DNA from: a virus
Lineage: Duplodnaviria > Caudoviricetes
DNA length: 43,757 bases
Reading direction: 5' to 3' (one strand)
IMG/VR virus record: IMGVR_UViG_3300037851_001503
Coordinates: 1-43,757 of that record
The notes beneath the pieces are model-generated. The model did not search any database, was not told the DNA's origin, and worked only from the letters and a program-made list of their open reading frames with translations. Shown piece after piece: positions 7,589 through 16,983 of this stretch. How positions within the stretch are numbered: the first letter of the stretch is position 1; each line of letters starts with the position of its first letter. Made by a program: the position numbers and the translations under genes.

Positions 7589-8079
7589 ACGGATTCTTCG
7601 CACGCGGCGCGGACGGCCAATACCACCCCGACCCCCTGCCGAACGCGCCAGCAAGCGTACACAAGCGTACACGGCCCTGTCTGGCGTGCGGCCGGGCCTT
7701 CCCCGTGAATCCCTGCTACGTCAACGAGCACGCCTTCTGCTGTCCGGCCTGCCGGGCGCGGTGGCACCGGCTCCACCCCGGCGAGTTCCGCCAGCGCCCC
7801 CTCGACTTCGCCCCCCCGCCAACCCCGGCCCCGCCCGTGATCGACCAGCGCGTGCCGGCCGAGGACGTGGCGGTACTCGGGCGCCACAACGCCATCGTCC
7901 TGGCCCGGCTGCGGCAGGGGCCGGCCACGGGGGCGCAGCTGGAGCAGCTGCTCGGCCCGGGGTCGGCCTGGAGGACCCGGGTCAGCAACGTCCGGGTTTG
8001 GCTACAGCACCACGGCGAGACGGTGACCGCACGTCGGGCAGCCCCGCGGCTCTGGCTCTACCGCATCGAGTCCCTGTGA
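7585..8079 (+). CDS. Zinc-finger plus winged-HTH DNA-binding protein
   Basis: CLACG...FCCPAC; C-terminal VLARLRQGPATGAQL...RTRVSNVR...LYRI. Confidence 0.65.
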   Translation: MNGFFARGADGQYHPDPLPNAPASVHKRTRPCLACGRAFPVNPCYVNEHAFCCPACRARWHRLHPGEFRQRPLDFAPPPTPAPPVIDQRVPAEDVAVLGRHNAIVLARLRQGPATGAQLEQLLGPGSAWRTRVSNVRVWLQHHGETVTARRAAPRLWLYRIESL

Positions 8080-8339
8080 CCGACGACGAGCGCCACGACA
8101 GCATGTCGAGCCTGGGCGAGCACGAGCTGCTGCCCCGCACCCGGCGGGGGCATCGCCTCCGCACCCGCTGCCCCTGGGCGGACCCGGGCCCCACCGACCG
8201 CTACGCCCCCGCCCCGTGCGGGTGCGAATGCAGCGACGCGACGGGCTACCGCCGGCGCCGGCACGAGTACGCCCACGAGAGCCCCGAGGGCGTGCGCTGC
8301 GTCTGGTGCGGGCGGCTGCGAACGTGGGACCCCCTGTGA
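8076..8339 (+). CDS. Hypothetical Cys/His-rich protein
   Basis: GTGA coupling; CVWCG. Confidence 0.45.
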   Translation: MTDDERHDSMSSLGEHELLPRTRRGHRLRTRCPWADPGPTDRYAPAPCGCECSDATGYRRRRHEYAHESPEGVRCVWCGRLRTWDPL

Positions 8340-8437
8340 CCCTGCACGACGTGGTCTCCCTGCTCGTGATCCTGATCGCGATCCTGCTGTTGGACCTGGC
8401 CTACGCGCTCGTCACCGCGACCCGGAGGCGCCGATAG
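8336..8437 (+). CDS. 33-aa single-TM peptide
   Basis: Hydrophobic run then RRRR; stop abuts the next ATG. Confidence 0.55.
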   Translation: MTLHDVVSLLVILIAILLLDLAYALVTATRRRR

Positions 8438-9331
<894 letters not shown>

Positions 9332-9604
9332 GGCCCGGATTCGGCTCACGGAGCCGTTCTGGCAGCCGGGCGAGGAGGCGGTCTGGCTCCGGGCTGTCCG
9401 GGCCTGCCCGGTGTCGCAGTACGGGCACCTGGACCTGTACGCGTACCTCCGCGAAGTAGGTGTCGTGGCGACGGGGCTGATGGCGGGCCAGCCGGTGCAG
9501 CCGATGCCGCGGCGCGGGCTGTCGCCGCGGGAGCGTGACGCTCGGCTGGGTGTGCTCCGGGCCCAGGCGAAGCCGGACCTGCCGGAGTGGATCGAGGACC
9601 ACAC

Positions 9605-9889
9605 ATGACCGCCCGCGAGACGCTGAAGCAGATGCTTCGGAAGCGCAAAGGCTATGGCCCAGGATTCGCTTGCGAAATCGGATTCACGGGAGAGCAGGCG
9701 GCCGCCATCCGCGAGGTCCTCGCCGCGCTGGACGAGTGCGAGCGCGACTACCCGCCCGAGCCCGAGGCCGGCAAGCCGGACGTGCGAGAGGCGCTGGCCG
9801 AAACGGGGCGGCTGCGCGACGCACTGTGGGCGGCCGGCGAGGCTGTGAACGAAGCCGCGAGGATAGTGCGGAAGGTCCTGGAGCAGTAG
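9605..9889 (+). CDS. Hypothetical protein
   Basis: ATGA coupling; GC3-biased codons. Confidence 0.6.
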   Translation: MTARETLKQMLRKRKGYGPGFACEIGFTGEQAAAIREVLAALDECERDYPPEPEAGKPDVREALAETGRLRDALWAAGEAVNEAARIVRKVLEQ

Positions 9890-9906
9890 GTGGGAGGAGG
9901 AACGTG

Positions 9907-10320
9907 ATGGCAAAGACGAGGCCGGCCGAGACGCGGACGGTGCCGCTCCCGGTGACGTTGACGAAGGACGAGATCCTCGCGCGGGGGAAGGAACTGGCCC
10001 GCGTGAAGGACGAGCACACGAGGGCCGCCGACGAGCTGGAGACGGCGCAGCTCGCCTGGAAGACCATGAAGGAGGGCTTCGCAAACCGGATCAGCGAGGC
10101 CGAGGACCGCATGCGCCAGCTCGCCCGCGCGATCAACTCCGGGGTCGAGACGCGCGACGTCGAGGTCTGCGACGAGCCGGAGTTCAAGGCGGGCGTGATG
10201 AACACGGTCCGGCTCGACACGGGCGAGCTCGTCTCGTCGCGTGGGCTCACCGAGGCGGAGCGGCAGCGGAGCCTCTTCCGCCCGGAGAAGGGCGCGAAGG
10301 CCGCGGCGAGCGCGGAGTAG
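9907..10320 (+). CDS. Conserved phage coiled-coil protein
   Basis: GGAGGAGG RBS; LTKDE...SGVETRDVEV...RLDTGE...ERQRSLF pattern. Confidence 0.7.
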   Translation: MAKTRPAETRTVPLPVTLTKDEILARGKELARVKDEHTRAADELETAQLAWKTMKEGFANRISEAEDRMRQLARAINSGVETRDVEVCDEPEFKAGVMNTVRLDTGELVSSRGLTEAERQRSLFRPEKGAKAAASAE

Positions 10321-10324
10321 CGCC

Positions 10325-10753
10325 GTGGTGCTGAAGGTCGTGATCCCCGGCGAGCCGTGCAGCCAGGGGCGCCCGCGGTTCGCCCGCCGGGGCCGGTTCG
10401 TCATGGCCTACGACCCGCCGAAGAGCCGGAACTGGAAGGCGACGGCCCAGCAGCACATGCGCGACGAGATGGACGACGACGCGCCCCTCCAGGGTCCGCT
10501 GCAGGTCATCGTGCAGGCCCTCTTCACCTGCCCTCTCAGCGACCACCGGAAGTCCATGTCCCGCCACCGGCGATGGCACGCGAAGCGCCCGGACGCCGAG
10601 AACGTGGCGAAGGCAGTCCTCGACGCCGGGACGGGCGTGATCTGGCGGGACGACAGCCAGATCGCGAGGCTCGTGGTCGCGAAGCACATTGCCGCGCAGG
10701 ACGAGGCTCCGGGCGTGATCGTCAGCGTGGCGACGCTGGAGGACGAGCCGTGA
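10325..10753 (+). CDS. rusA: RusA-family Holliday junction resolvase
   Basis: GRPRF, KRPDAENVAKAVLDA, WRDDSQI. Confidence 0.9.
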   Translation: MVLKVVIPGEPCSQGRPRFARRGRFVMAYDPPKSRNWKATAQQHMRDEMDDDAPLQGPLQVIVQALFTCPLSDHRKSMSRHRRWHAKRPDAENVAKAVLDAGTGVIWRDDSQIARLVVAKHIAAQDEAPGVIVSVATLEDEP

Positions 10754-10854
10754 TCGCGGGGCGGTGCCTCTGGTGCGACGCGCCGGTGAAGCGCGGGGGG
10801 CCGCCAGGGGGGAAGTCGGTCGCGCCCCCGCCTCCACTCGAGGACGAGCGGTGA
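10750..10854 (+). CDS. 34-aa small protein with CxxC
   Basis: GTGA overlaps at both ends. Confidence 0.35.
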   Translation: MIAGRCLWCDAPVKRGGPPGGKSVAPPPPLEDER

Positions 10855-11060
10855 CGCAGCCGACCCCCACCGAGCGCCTCTTCGCCCGCCTGTCACACCT
10901 GCCGGATGACGGCGTCCGCGCTCTCGAGGGCGCCCTCGAGCGGGCCCATGCCAGGGCGCGGATCACCGGCCTCCACGCGCGCGTGTCCGTGGAGTTCGAG
11001 GTGAGCGCAGACGGTCTCATCGCGGTGGAGCTGACGGCCCGTTACGAGCGCAGGCCTTGA
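10851..11060 (+). CDS. Hypothetical protein (last early gene)
   Basis: GAGG upstream; GTGA coupling. Confidence 0.55.
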   Translation: MTQPTPTERLFARLSHLPDDGVRALEGALERAHARARITGLHARVSVEFEVSADGLIAVELTARYERRP

Positions 11061-11066
11061 CGCTGG

Positions 11067-11076
11067 TGCTACCCTT
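11067..11076 (+). promoter_or_regulatory. Candidate extended -10 promoter for the lysis cassette
   Basis: TG-C-TACCCT; TACCCTT recurs at 20498-20504 before the head operon. Confidence 0.35.
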
Positions 11077-11185
11077 GCTGATGTCGTACGCCTGAGCCCG
11101 CGGCCGAGCCAGCGCGGGCGGTGACGGCGGCCGTGCCCGGGCCGAGCCAGCCGGGAGACATGACACGCGTCTCTCGGGGGTTCGG

Positions 11186-11665
11186 GTGCGGATCACGGCG
11201 TTCGGCCAAGCCAACAAGCAGATCGGCCTGCGTGAGTATCCCGCGGGAGAGACGAACCCTCACATCCTCGCCTGGCTCGCTGACGCCGGCATTCCCAACG
11301 CACAGGACGAGGTGCCGTGGTGCGGCGCCTTCGTGGGCCACATCGTATGGCGCCACTGTGGCCTGCCGGTGCCGAGGAACTACGCCCGTGCCCGCAGCTG
11401 GCTCAAGGTCGGGACGCCGATCCCCATCGAGTCCGCGATGGCCGCCTGGGACGTCGTCGTCCTGCGGCGGGGCGAGGAAGGCGACCCGGGGCCTGACGTC
11501 TACAGCGGCCCCGGGCACGTCGGCTTCTTCGCCGGTCTCGAGGGGCTCGTCCACCGCCGGGTGCTCGTCCTGGGCGGCAACCAGGGCGACGAGGTCTCGA
11601 TAGCCCCCTTCCCCGAGGGGCGCGTCCTGGGTGTTCGGCGGCTGCACGCGGAGGACGGCCCGTGA
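11186..11665 (+). CDS. Endolysin, NlpC/P60-CHAP-like peptidoglycan hydrolase (TIGR02594 type)
   Basis: DEVPWCGAFV, ARSWL, GHVGFF, LGGNQGD motifs. Confidence 0.9.
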   Translation: MRITAFGQANKQIGLREYPAGETNPHILAWLADAGIPNAQDEVPWCGAFVGHIVWRHCGLPVPRNYARARSWLKVGTPIPIESAMAAWDVVVLRRGEEGDPGPDVYSGPGHVGFFAGLEGLVHRRVLVLGGNQGDEVSIAPFPEGRVLGVRRLHAEDGP

Positions 11666-11687
11666 GCAGCCAGGACGTGGCCCCGGT

Positions 11688-11824
11688 GGGGCGGGAGGGG
11701 TGCCAGCCCCCCGTGGCGACCCCTCCCGCCCCTGTCGTCTCGCTCCGGCTTCCCCATTCCATCTCTTCCCAGGGGCGAGCGGGCAAGGCGTGTCTTCTGC
11801 CGGCGGTGAGGCCGGCTCGCCCCT
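11688..11824 (+). other. Two strong intergenic stem-loops
   Basis: 14-bp perfect stem 11688-11701/11719-11732; 10-bp perfect stem 11771-11780/11815-11824. Confidence 0.65.
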
Positions 11825-11840
11825 TCCGCGAGGAGGTCTG

Positions 11841-12077
11841 ATGCCCAGGAGCATCCCCGTCGGTGACGTGCTCCGTGCCGTGGTTCCCACCAACTGGCGG
11901 TGGGTGCGCTACATCCTCGACCGCCTGAAGGGCATTGAGATCAGGCGCGGCGACACCACCATCCAGCTCGACGAAAAGCCGGGGGGGGTGGGGCCCACTG
12001 CGGTGCCTCCGCCCAGGACGGGCCTCGACCAGCCGCACCGCATCGCGCCGAACGTGGTCCGGGGGCCGCGCCGGTGA
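11841..12077 (+). CDS. Hypothetical protein
   Basis: AGGAGG RBS; GTGA coupling to the next gene. Confidence 0.65.
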   Translation: MPRSIPVGDVLRAVVPTNWRWVRYILDRLKGIEIRRGDTTIQLDEKPGGVGPTAVPPPRTGLDQPHRIAPNVVRGPRR

Positions 12078-13321
12078 GCCCCGAGGTCGTCTGGATCGGC
12101 TGGCTCGCGCTGTTCCTCGTCTACGAGCTCGTCGCCGCGCTGGCCAGGCCCAGGGGCGGCACGCTCAGCGCCACCATCTGGCGGTGGTTCGGGGTCCGCG
12201 CGCCGCGCCCCCTCGCGTGGCTCCGGCGCTCCGTCCTCGGGTGCTTCCTCGGGGCCCTCGCCGGCCACCTGGTCATGGGCTGGTCCGTCGTCCCGGTGAT
12301 CGCCTTCGGCGCGCTCGTGGTCGCCGTCATCGCCTGGGCGGTGATCGCCGACCACCGGCGCCGGACGCTCCTCCTGGCCGTGGTGGCGCTCCTCCCGCTC
12401 CTCGCCGCCGGGAAGTGCGACCGGCAGTGCAAGCAGTGCGCGGCGGGCCAGCTCCCGGCCGACGTCTGCGAGGCGCTCGTGGCGGCGGGGCAGTGCCCCG
12501 CCCCCGAGCCCACCCCCACGCCGGCGCCGGCCACCTGCGAGCCGCCCTGCCCAGACGGCCAGGAGTGCCTCCCGCAGCAGACGACCCCGCCCACGTTCGC
12601 CTGCGTCCCCAAGCCCACGCCCCCGCCGGGGCCGAGCTCGTGCAGCCAGGTGGCCTGCCCCCCGGGCTACCACTGCATCACCGTGACGACGCCGGAGGGG
12701 ACCGAGGCCAGGTGCGTCCCCGATCAGCCGCCGCCCCCGCAGCCCACACCACCCACCCCGACCCCCACGCCCCCGCCGGGGCAGGCGAGCTCGTGCCCCC
12801 TGGGCGGGCAGCTGGTCGAGGGCGCCGTCGTGTACATGAACGGGAAGTGCTACGCGAGCCAGCCTGACGGCACGTGCCGGAGCTGGGACTCGACCGTCCG
12901 GGTCCGCGGAGACCAGGCCTTCTGCTTCGCCATCCACGGCGTCGTGACGAACGACTGCCACCTCGAGGGCTGGGGCGACGCGGCCAAGCGCGTGGCCTGC
13001 GAGATGGAGCTCCTCGGGCGCTTCGTCGGCAAGCCCCACGCCTGCCCGGAGTGGGAGGGTCGCTGCTACTCCGACCACCCGAACGAGGCGGAGTGCCCGA
13101 TCACCTTCGACCACTACGGCTCCCCCTGCACCGGCTGCCGGGACAACCCGGACACCCCCGAGTTCGAGGGCTGGCCGAAGGAGTGCGGGGAGCAGCGCGA
13201 CGCCGACGGCAACCCGAAGGCCGGGTTCTTCGTGGTGGCGCACGGGAAGGGCCAGGTCCGCGCGTGCCGGCCCGACCACGACCCGGGAACGTGCGGGCCC
13301 TGGCGAGATGTCGACTGGTAG
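12074..13321 (+). CDS. Multi-TM membrane protein with Pro-linked Cys-rich ectodomain
   Basis: About 4 hydrophobic segments, then about 27 Cys and PTPTP linkers. Confidence 0.75.
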   Translation: MSPEVVWIGWLALFLVYELVAALARPRGGTLSATIWRWFGVRAPRPLAWLRRSVLGCFLGALAGHLVMGWSVVPVIAFGALVVAVIAWAVIADHRRRTLLLAVVALLPLLAAGKCDRQCKQCAAGQLPADVCEALVAAGQCPAPEPTPTPAPATCEPPCPDGQECLPQQTTPPTFACVPKPTPPPGPSSCSQVACPPGYHCITVTTPEGTEARCVPDQPPPPQPTPPTPTPTPPPGQASSCPLGGQLVEGAVVYMNGKCYASQPDGTCRSWDSTVRVRGDQAFCFAIHGVVTNDCHLEGWGDAAKRVACEMELLGRFVGKPHACPEWEGRCYSDHPNEAECPITFDHYGSPCTGCRDNPDTPEFEGWPKECGEQRDADGNPKAGFFVVAHGKGQVRACRPDHDPGTCGPWRDVDW

Positions 13322-13350
13322 AAAACGCGATGTTCTCTCTGGGCGGTCCC

Positions 13351-13545
13351 ATGACTCCCGAGCCCGGCCTCGTCGTCGTGGTGAACGGTCGCCCGCACCG
13401 GCTGTGGGGGATCGCCCTCACGGAGACCTCCGGCCACCTGCCGGTGTGGCTCGTGGACGTGGACGGGGCGAAGGGCAGCGCCGGCACGCTCGAGTCCGCG
13501 CTGCTCATGGCCGCCCGCGCGGCCGACGCGAAGAAGGAGGGGTGA
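13351..13545 (+). CDS. Hypothetical protein
   Basis: GC3-biased codons; alternative ATG at 13330. Confidence 0.5.
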   Translation: MTPEPGLVVVVNGRPHRLWGIALTETSGHLPVWLVDVDGAKGSAGTLESALLMAARAADAKKEG

Positions 13546-13546
13546 C

Positions 13547-13885
13547 GTGCTGAAGACGATCGCCGTGCGGTTCTTCAAGGCCCGGTGGGGGAGCCTCCTC
13601 CCGCTGATCTTCAAGGCCGCCGCGGAGGGCCGGTTCGGGGCCGCGGTCGAGAAGCTCTACTGGCTCGCCGAGGGCAGGAAGACCTTCACCGGCGCCGTGC
13701 TCATGGGTATCGGCACCGGCCTCGAGGCGGTCGCCGCGGCCTACCCCGAGCTCGCCTGGGCTCCCGCCGCCGCCCGCGTCGTGTTCGCGGTCGGCGCGTG
13801 CTTGAGCGCCGTCGGCCTGGTGGACGGCGGCGTGCGCGCCCCCTGGCCGAAGGGGACCGCCATCCCACCCGAAGAGAAGCAGTAG
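13547..13885 (+). CDS. Putative holin
   Basis: GGAGG RBS; GRKTF motif followed by two TM segments; lies in the lysis cassette. Confidence 0.55.
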   Translation: MLKTIAVRFFKARWGSLLPLIFKAAAEGRFGAAVEKLYWLAEGRKTFTGAVLMGIGTGLEAVAAAYPELAWAPAAARVVFAVGACLSAVGLVDGGVRAPWPKGTAIPPEEKQ

Positions 13886-13895
13886 GGGGGCGGCC

Positions 13896-14144
13896 CTGGC
13901 GAAGCGAGAGACGCGCACCGTCCGCGCCGGCGGCCAGCCGAAGCGGAGCCACATCGACGCCGAGTACCGCATCCAGGCCCTCCAGCTGGAGTGCAACACG
14001 CTCTCGTCGCTCCTCTCCCGGTTCCGGGGCGCGGTGCGGGACTACCTGACGTCCCTCCCGGGCGAGCTCGCCACGGCCCCCGAGGCCTCCCGGCTGCGCC
14101 TCGCCCTCGAACGATCCACCGGGCGCGAAGAGGCGGGGGCGTGA
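13896..14144 (+). CDS. 82-aa hypothetical protein with apparent CTG start
   Basis: Open frame with strong GC3 bias fills the gap; G6 run 5 nt before CTG; GTGA overlap with the next gene. Confidence 0.55.
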   Translation: MAKRETRTVRAGGQPKRSHIDAEYRIQALQLECNTLSSLLSRFRGAVRDYLTSLPGELATAPEASRLRLALERSTGREEAGA

Positions 14145-14665
14145 CTTCGAACGCCCCCGGGGGGATCCCCGAGCGGCTGCTCGACGTCGGTCAGGCGCTC
14201 CTGCTCCTGGCCGTGCCCGCCTCGGGGGCGTGGGGCCTGCGGCGCCTGGTGGCCGGCCGACGCCGGCGCCGGGCCGACGCGGAGCTGCTGCTCGCCGCGG
14301 CCGAGGCCGCCCGCGTCGCCCTCGACGCGACACGGAAGCTCCTCGAGCGCACCCAGCCGGCCACCCTCACGGTGGCGCCGGTGCAGTGGGCCGGCGAGGC
14401 GGCGGTCCTGCGGCAGCGCACCGACGATGCCCGCAACCGCCTGTGGGTGGCCCTGGGCTACCCGGACCCGCGCGAGGAGCCGATCACCGCGGACGAGCGC
14501 GAGGTCCTCGCCGCGCTCGGCCGGACCCTGCGCCTGCGGGCGCGGGAGATGACCGCCGAGGAGCGCGCGGCCTACCTCGAGGCCCAGCGCGTGGCGATGC
14601 GTCGCGCCGCGGGGCTGCCCGACGCCGAGGTGCCGCTCTTCAGAGACCAGGGGGGGGCCAGCTGA
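14141..14665 (+). CDS. N-terminal TM, helical protein
   Basis: Hydrophobic segment then RRRRR and an Ala-rich helix. Confidence 0.6.
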   Translation: MTSNAPGGIPERLLDVGQALLLLAVPASGAWGLRRLVAGRRRRRADAELLLAAAEAARVALDATRKLLERTQPATLTVAPVQWAGEAAVLRQRTDDARNRLWVALGYPDPREEPITADEREVLAALGRTLRLRAREMTAEERAAYLEAQRVAMRRAAGLPDAEVPLFRDQGGAS

Positions 14666-15090
14666 TGCCTCTGGACGTCATACCGGCCATCAACTTCCTG
14701 CTGTTGCTCGTGCTCTTCGTCTACGTCTACCGCAAGAGCGCCCACTGGACCGGCCTCTCACAGGACGCCCGGCTCCAGATCGTCGAGGCGGAGCTCGACC
14801 ACAGCCGCCGCCGCCTCCTGCAGCTCGAGCAGAGCTCGCAGCACATGCTGCGCGACTACCTCACCACCAACGAGGCGATCCTGCGCGAGATCCGCCAGCT
14901 GGCGACGTCGGTGGGGGAGCTCGGCCGGCTGTCGGAGCGCGTGACGATCCTCGAGGAGCACCGGGCGGATGTCGAGCAGGAGATCCAGTTCGTGAAGGAC
15001 CTGGGCTGCGGGTACCCCGACTGCCCACGCATGAAACGGATCGCCGGCGCGCCGGGCGCCGCGGCCGGCCCCGAAGGAGGGGAGCGATGA
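14665..15090 (+). CDS. N-terminal TM coiled-coil protein (possible spanin or holin accessory)
   Basis: FLLLLVLFVYVY then heptad pattern; terminal CGYPDC. Confidence 0.6.
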   Translation: MPLDVIPAINFLLLLVLFVYVYRKSAHWTGLSQDARLQIVEAELDHSRRRLLQLEQSSQHMLRDYLTTNEAILREIRQLATSVGELGRLSERVTILEEHRADVEQEIQFVKDLGCGYPDCPRMKRIAGAPGAAAGPEGGER

Positions 15091-15176
15091 AGAAGCTGTT
15101 GCTGTGCCTGGCGCTGGTGCTCCTGCCCGCTCTTGCATCCGCGTGGGTGTCCCGGGGGGACGCACTACTACAGTGA
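15087..15176 (+). pseudogene. Signal-peptide-only ORF (29 aa), possible remnant of a secreted-protein gene
   Basis: MKKLLLCLALVLLPALASA then a stop 10 codons later; strong RBS. Confidence 0.5.
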
Positions 15177-15856
15177 CTACGTCGACGCGGACAACGCCCC
15201 CCCCGGGGGAGCGGCGCCGTCGACCTCCCCCCGGGACTCTCCCCCCGGCCCTCTTCCGCGCCGCCAGCATTGACGGCTGGATGTCGCTGTCGGAATTGCG
15301 CTGGCTCGCCCAGGCGGCGCGTGGTTGCCGAGTCATCGTCGAGGTCGGCAGCTACAAGGGCCGCTCCACCCGGGCCCTCGCCGACCACTGCCCCGGCACC
15401 GTGTTCGCCGTCGACCCTTGGGACGGGGGCTACGTGAACGACGACGATACCCAGGCCCGCTGGCTCGACACGCGTCAGGCGCGCGAGCAGTTCCAGCGCA
15501 ACCTCGACGATCACCTCCGCACCGGCCGTGTCGTCCAGCTCGTCCACTTCTTCAACGCCGGCGGCGCACAGGCAATCGAGGACTGGCTCGGCGGGCCCGG
15601 GCGAGCGGATCTGATCTTCATCGACGGGGACCACCGCTTCGAGATGGTGCTCGAGGACATCGCACACGCCCGCCGTCTCGCACGCCTGGGAGGGATCATC
15701 GCCGGACACGATTTCACCCATGTCAGCTGGCCCGGCGTCGCGCGCGCGGTCAAGCGCGAGTTTCCCAACCACAACCTGTGCGATTCGATCTGGTGGGTGC
15801 GGCACAAAGAAGCTGAAGGGGCCGTCTTCAAAACAGCCGGGGGCGCCACCGCATGA
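15173..15856 (+). CDS. Class I SAM-dependent methyltransferase (Methyltransf_24 type)
   Basis: VEVGSYKGRST, AVDPW, DLIFIDGDH, GGIIAGHDF, WPGV; start uncertain. Confidence 0.9.
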   Translation: MTTSTRTTPPPGERRRRPPPGTLPPALFRAASIDGWMSLSELRWLAQAARGCRVIVEVGSYKGRSTRALADHCPGTVFAVDPWDGGYVNDDDTQARWLDTRQAREQFQRNLDDHLRTGRVVQLVHFFNAGGAQAIEDWLGGPGRADLIFIDGDHRFEMVLEDIAHARRLARLGGIIAGHDFTHVSWPGVARAVKREFPNHNLCDSIWWVRHKEAEGAVFKTAGGATA

Positions 15857-16602
15857 GGATCGTGATCCCCTCCCTCGGCTACGGCGACTTCCTGGCCGCG
15901 ACGCTCCCAGCCTGGCAGCTGCGCTTTCCCGGCGCGACAATCGTCGTTGTCACCGCTACAGGCGACGATGACACAGCAGACGTCGTCCGCCATCACGGTG
16001 CCAGGCTCTGCGTCACGGATGCCTGGTTCGCGTTCGGGGCACGACTCAACAAGGGCTGGGCCCTGAACGTGGGCTTCGGCTTCACCGGCGCGCTCACGCC
16101 CCCCAACAGGGGCGAGCGTTGCCTGTCGGTCGACGCCGACGTGTACCCCTTCGGCCCCTTCCCCGAGGAGCTGGCCCCGCGCACGCTGTACGGGTGCCCG
16201 CGGTACCTCTGCCGCACCCCCGAGGAGCTGCAGGCGCACCAAGAAGGCAGGCTGAAGCGCCATCAGATGCCCGTCCTGCTGGCCCGCTACCGTGGCAGTG
16301 ACGCCCCCCAGGGCGTCATCGGTGCCGGCCGCAAGACCCTCGACAGCGCAGCCCGCAGCTGCCTCGGCTACTTCCAGCTCTGGCGTCACTGCGGCTTCAC
16401 CTTCTCGAGCAACATGACCGCAGGCAAGTACGACATCGTCTTCCGGGACCAGTTCGAAAAGCGGGCCGCTCTCACGGACTTCTACGTCCTCCATCTCGGC
16501 GACGCCTCGCGCAAGAACTGGAGCGGGCGGTCAGTCCCACGATGGGGGGCGCGCCCCACGGGACCGGCGGCCCGTCCCGTTTGCGAAGAGGAGGCGCGTT
16601 GA
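15853..16602 (+). CDS. GT-A fold glycosyltransferase
   Basis: IVIP N-terminal strand, NKGWALN, DAD (DxD), GYFQLW, VLHLG. Confidence 0.8.
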   Translation: MRIVIPSLGYGDFLAATLPAWQLRFPGATIVVVTATGDDDTADVVRHHGARLCVTDAWFAFGARLNKGWALNVGFGFTGALTPPNRGERCLSVDADVYPFGPFPEELAPRTLYGCPRYLCRTPEELQAHQEGRLKRHQMPVLLARYRGSDAPQGVIGAGRKTLDSAARSCLGYFQLWRHCGFTFSSNMTAGKYDIVFRDQFEKRAALTDFYVLHLGDASRKNWSGRSVPRWGARPTGPAARPVCEEEAR

Positions 16603-16983
16603 ATGCCTGCCGACGCGTTGAATGGCGGTTACTCCTTCCTCGAAGTGCCGAGGCCCGATCCCCGGAAAGGTGTGGTCGAGATCGGTACGGCAGCGGCTGC
16701 TGGCGCAGCTGCGTTGGGGCGCGCATCCATCGACGTCCGTGGACCCCGCCCGAGCTGCATTGAGGGGGGACATGAACAACCGGGGGGCGTGTCCGTTGCA
16801 GGCGGGCCCGGGCCCGCACTTCGTTGGCCCGGGTAAACGAAGCCCGAGCGATTCCTCCTCACCGCAAAGCCGCGACGAAGAGCCGATGGGTGCGGGGCCC
16901 CTGGGGCCGCCCGGGAGGGTGGAGCGGGTGAAAAGGGCGCACGCCAGCCCCGCCTCCGGCGTAAGTCCTAGAGGGTTAACGGT

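Noticed and set aside
15173-15856. DNA methyltransferase for anti-restriction
   Set aside because: Lacks DPPY/NPPY or PC motifs; has the FIDGDH signature of small-molecule and glycan methyltransferases.
16660-16872. c-di-GMP-I riboswitch-like words (CCGGAAAGG, CGCAAAGCC)
   Set aside because: The two elements are about 200 nt apart; in the riboswitch they are adjacent.
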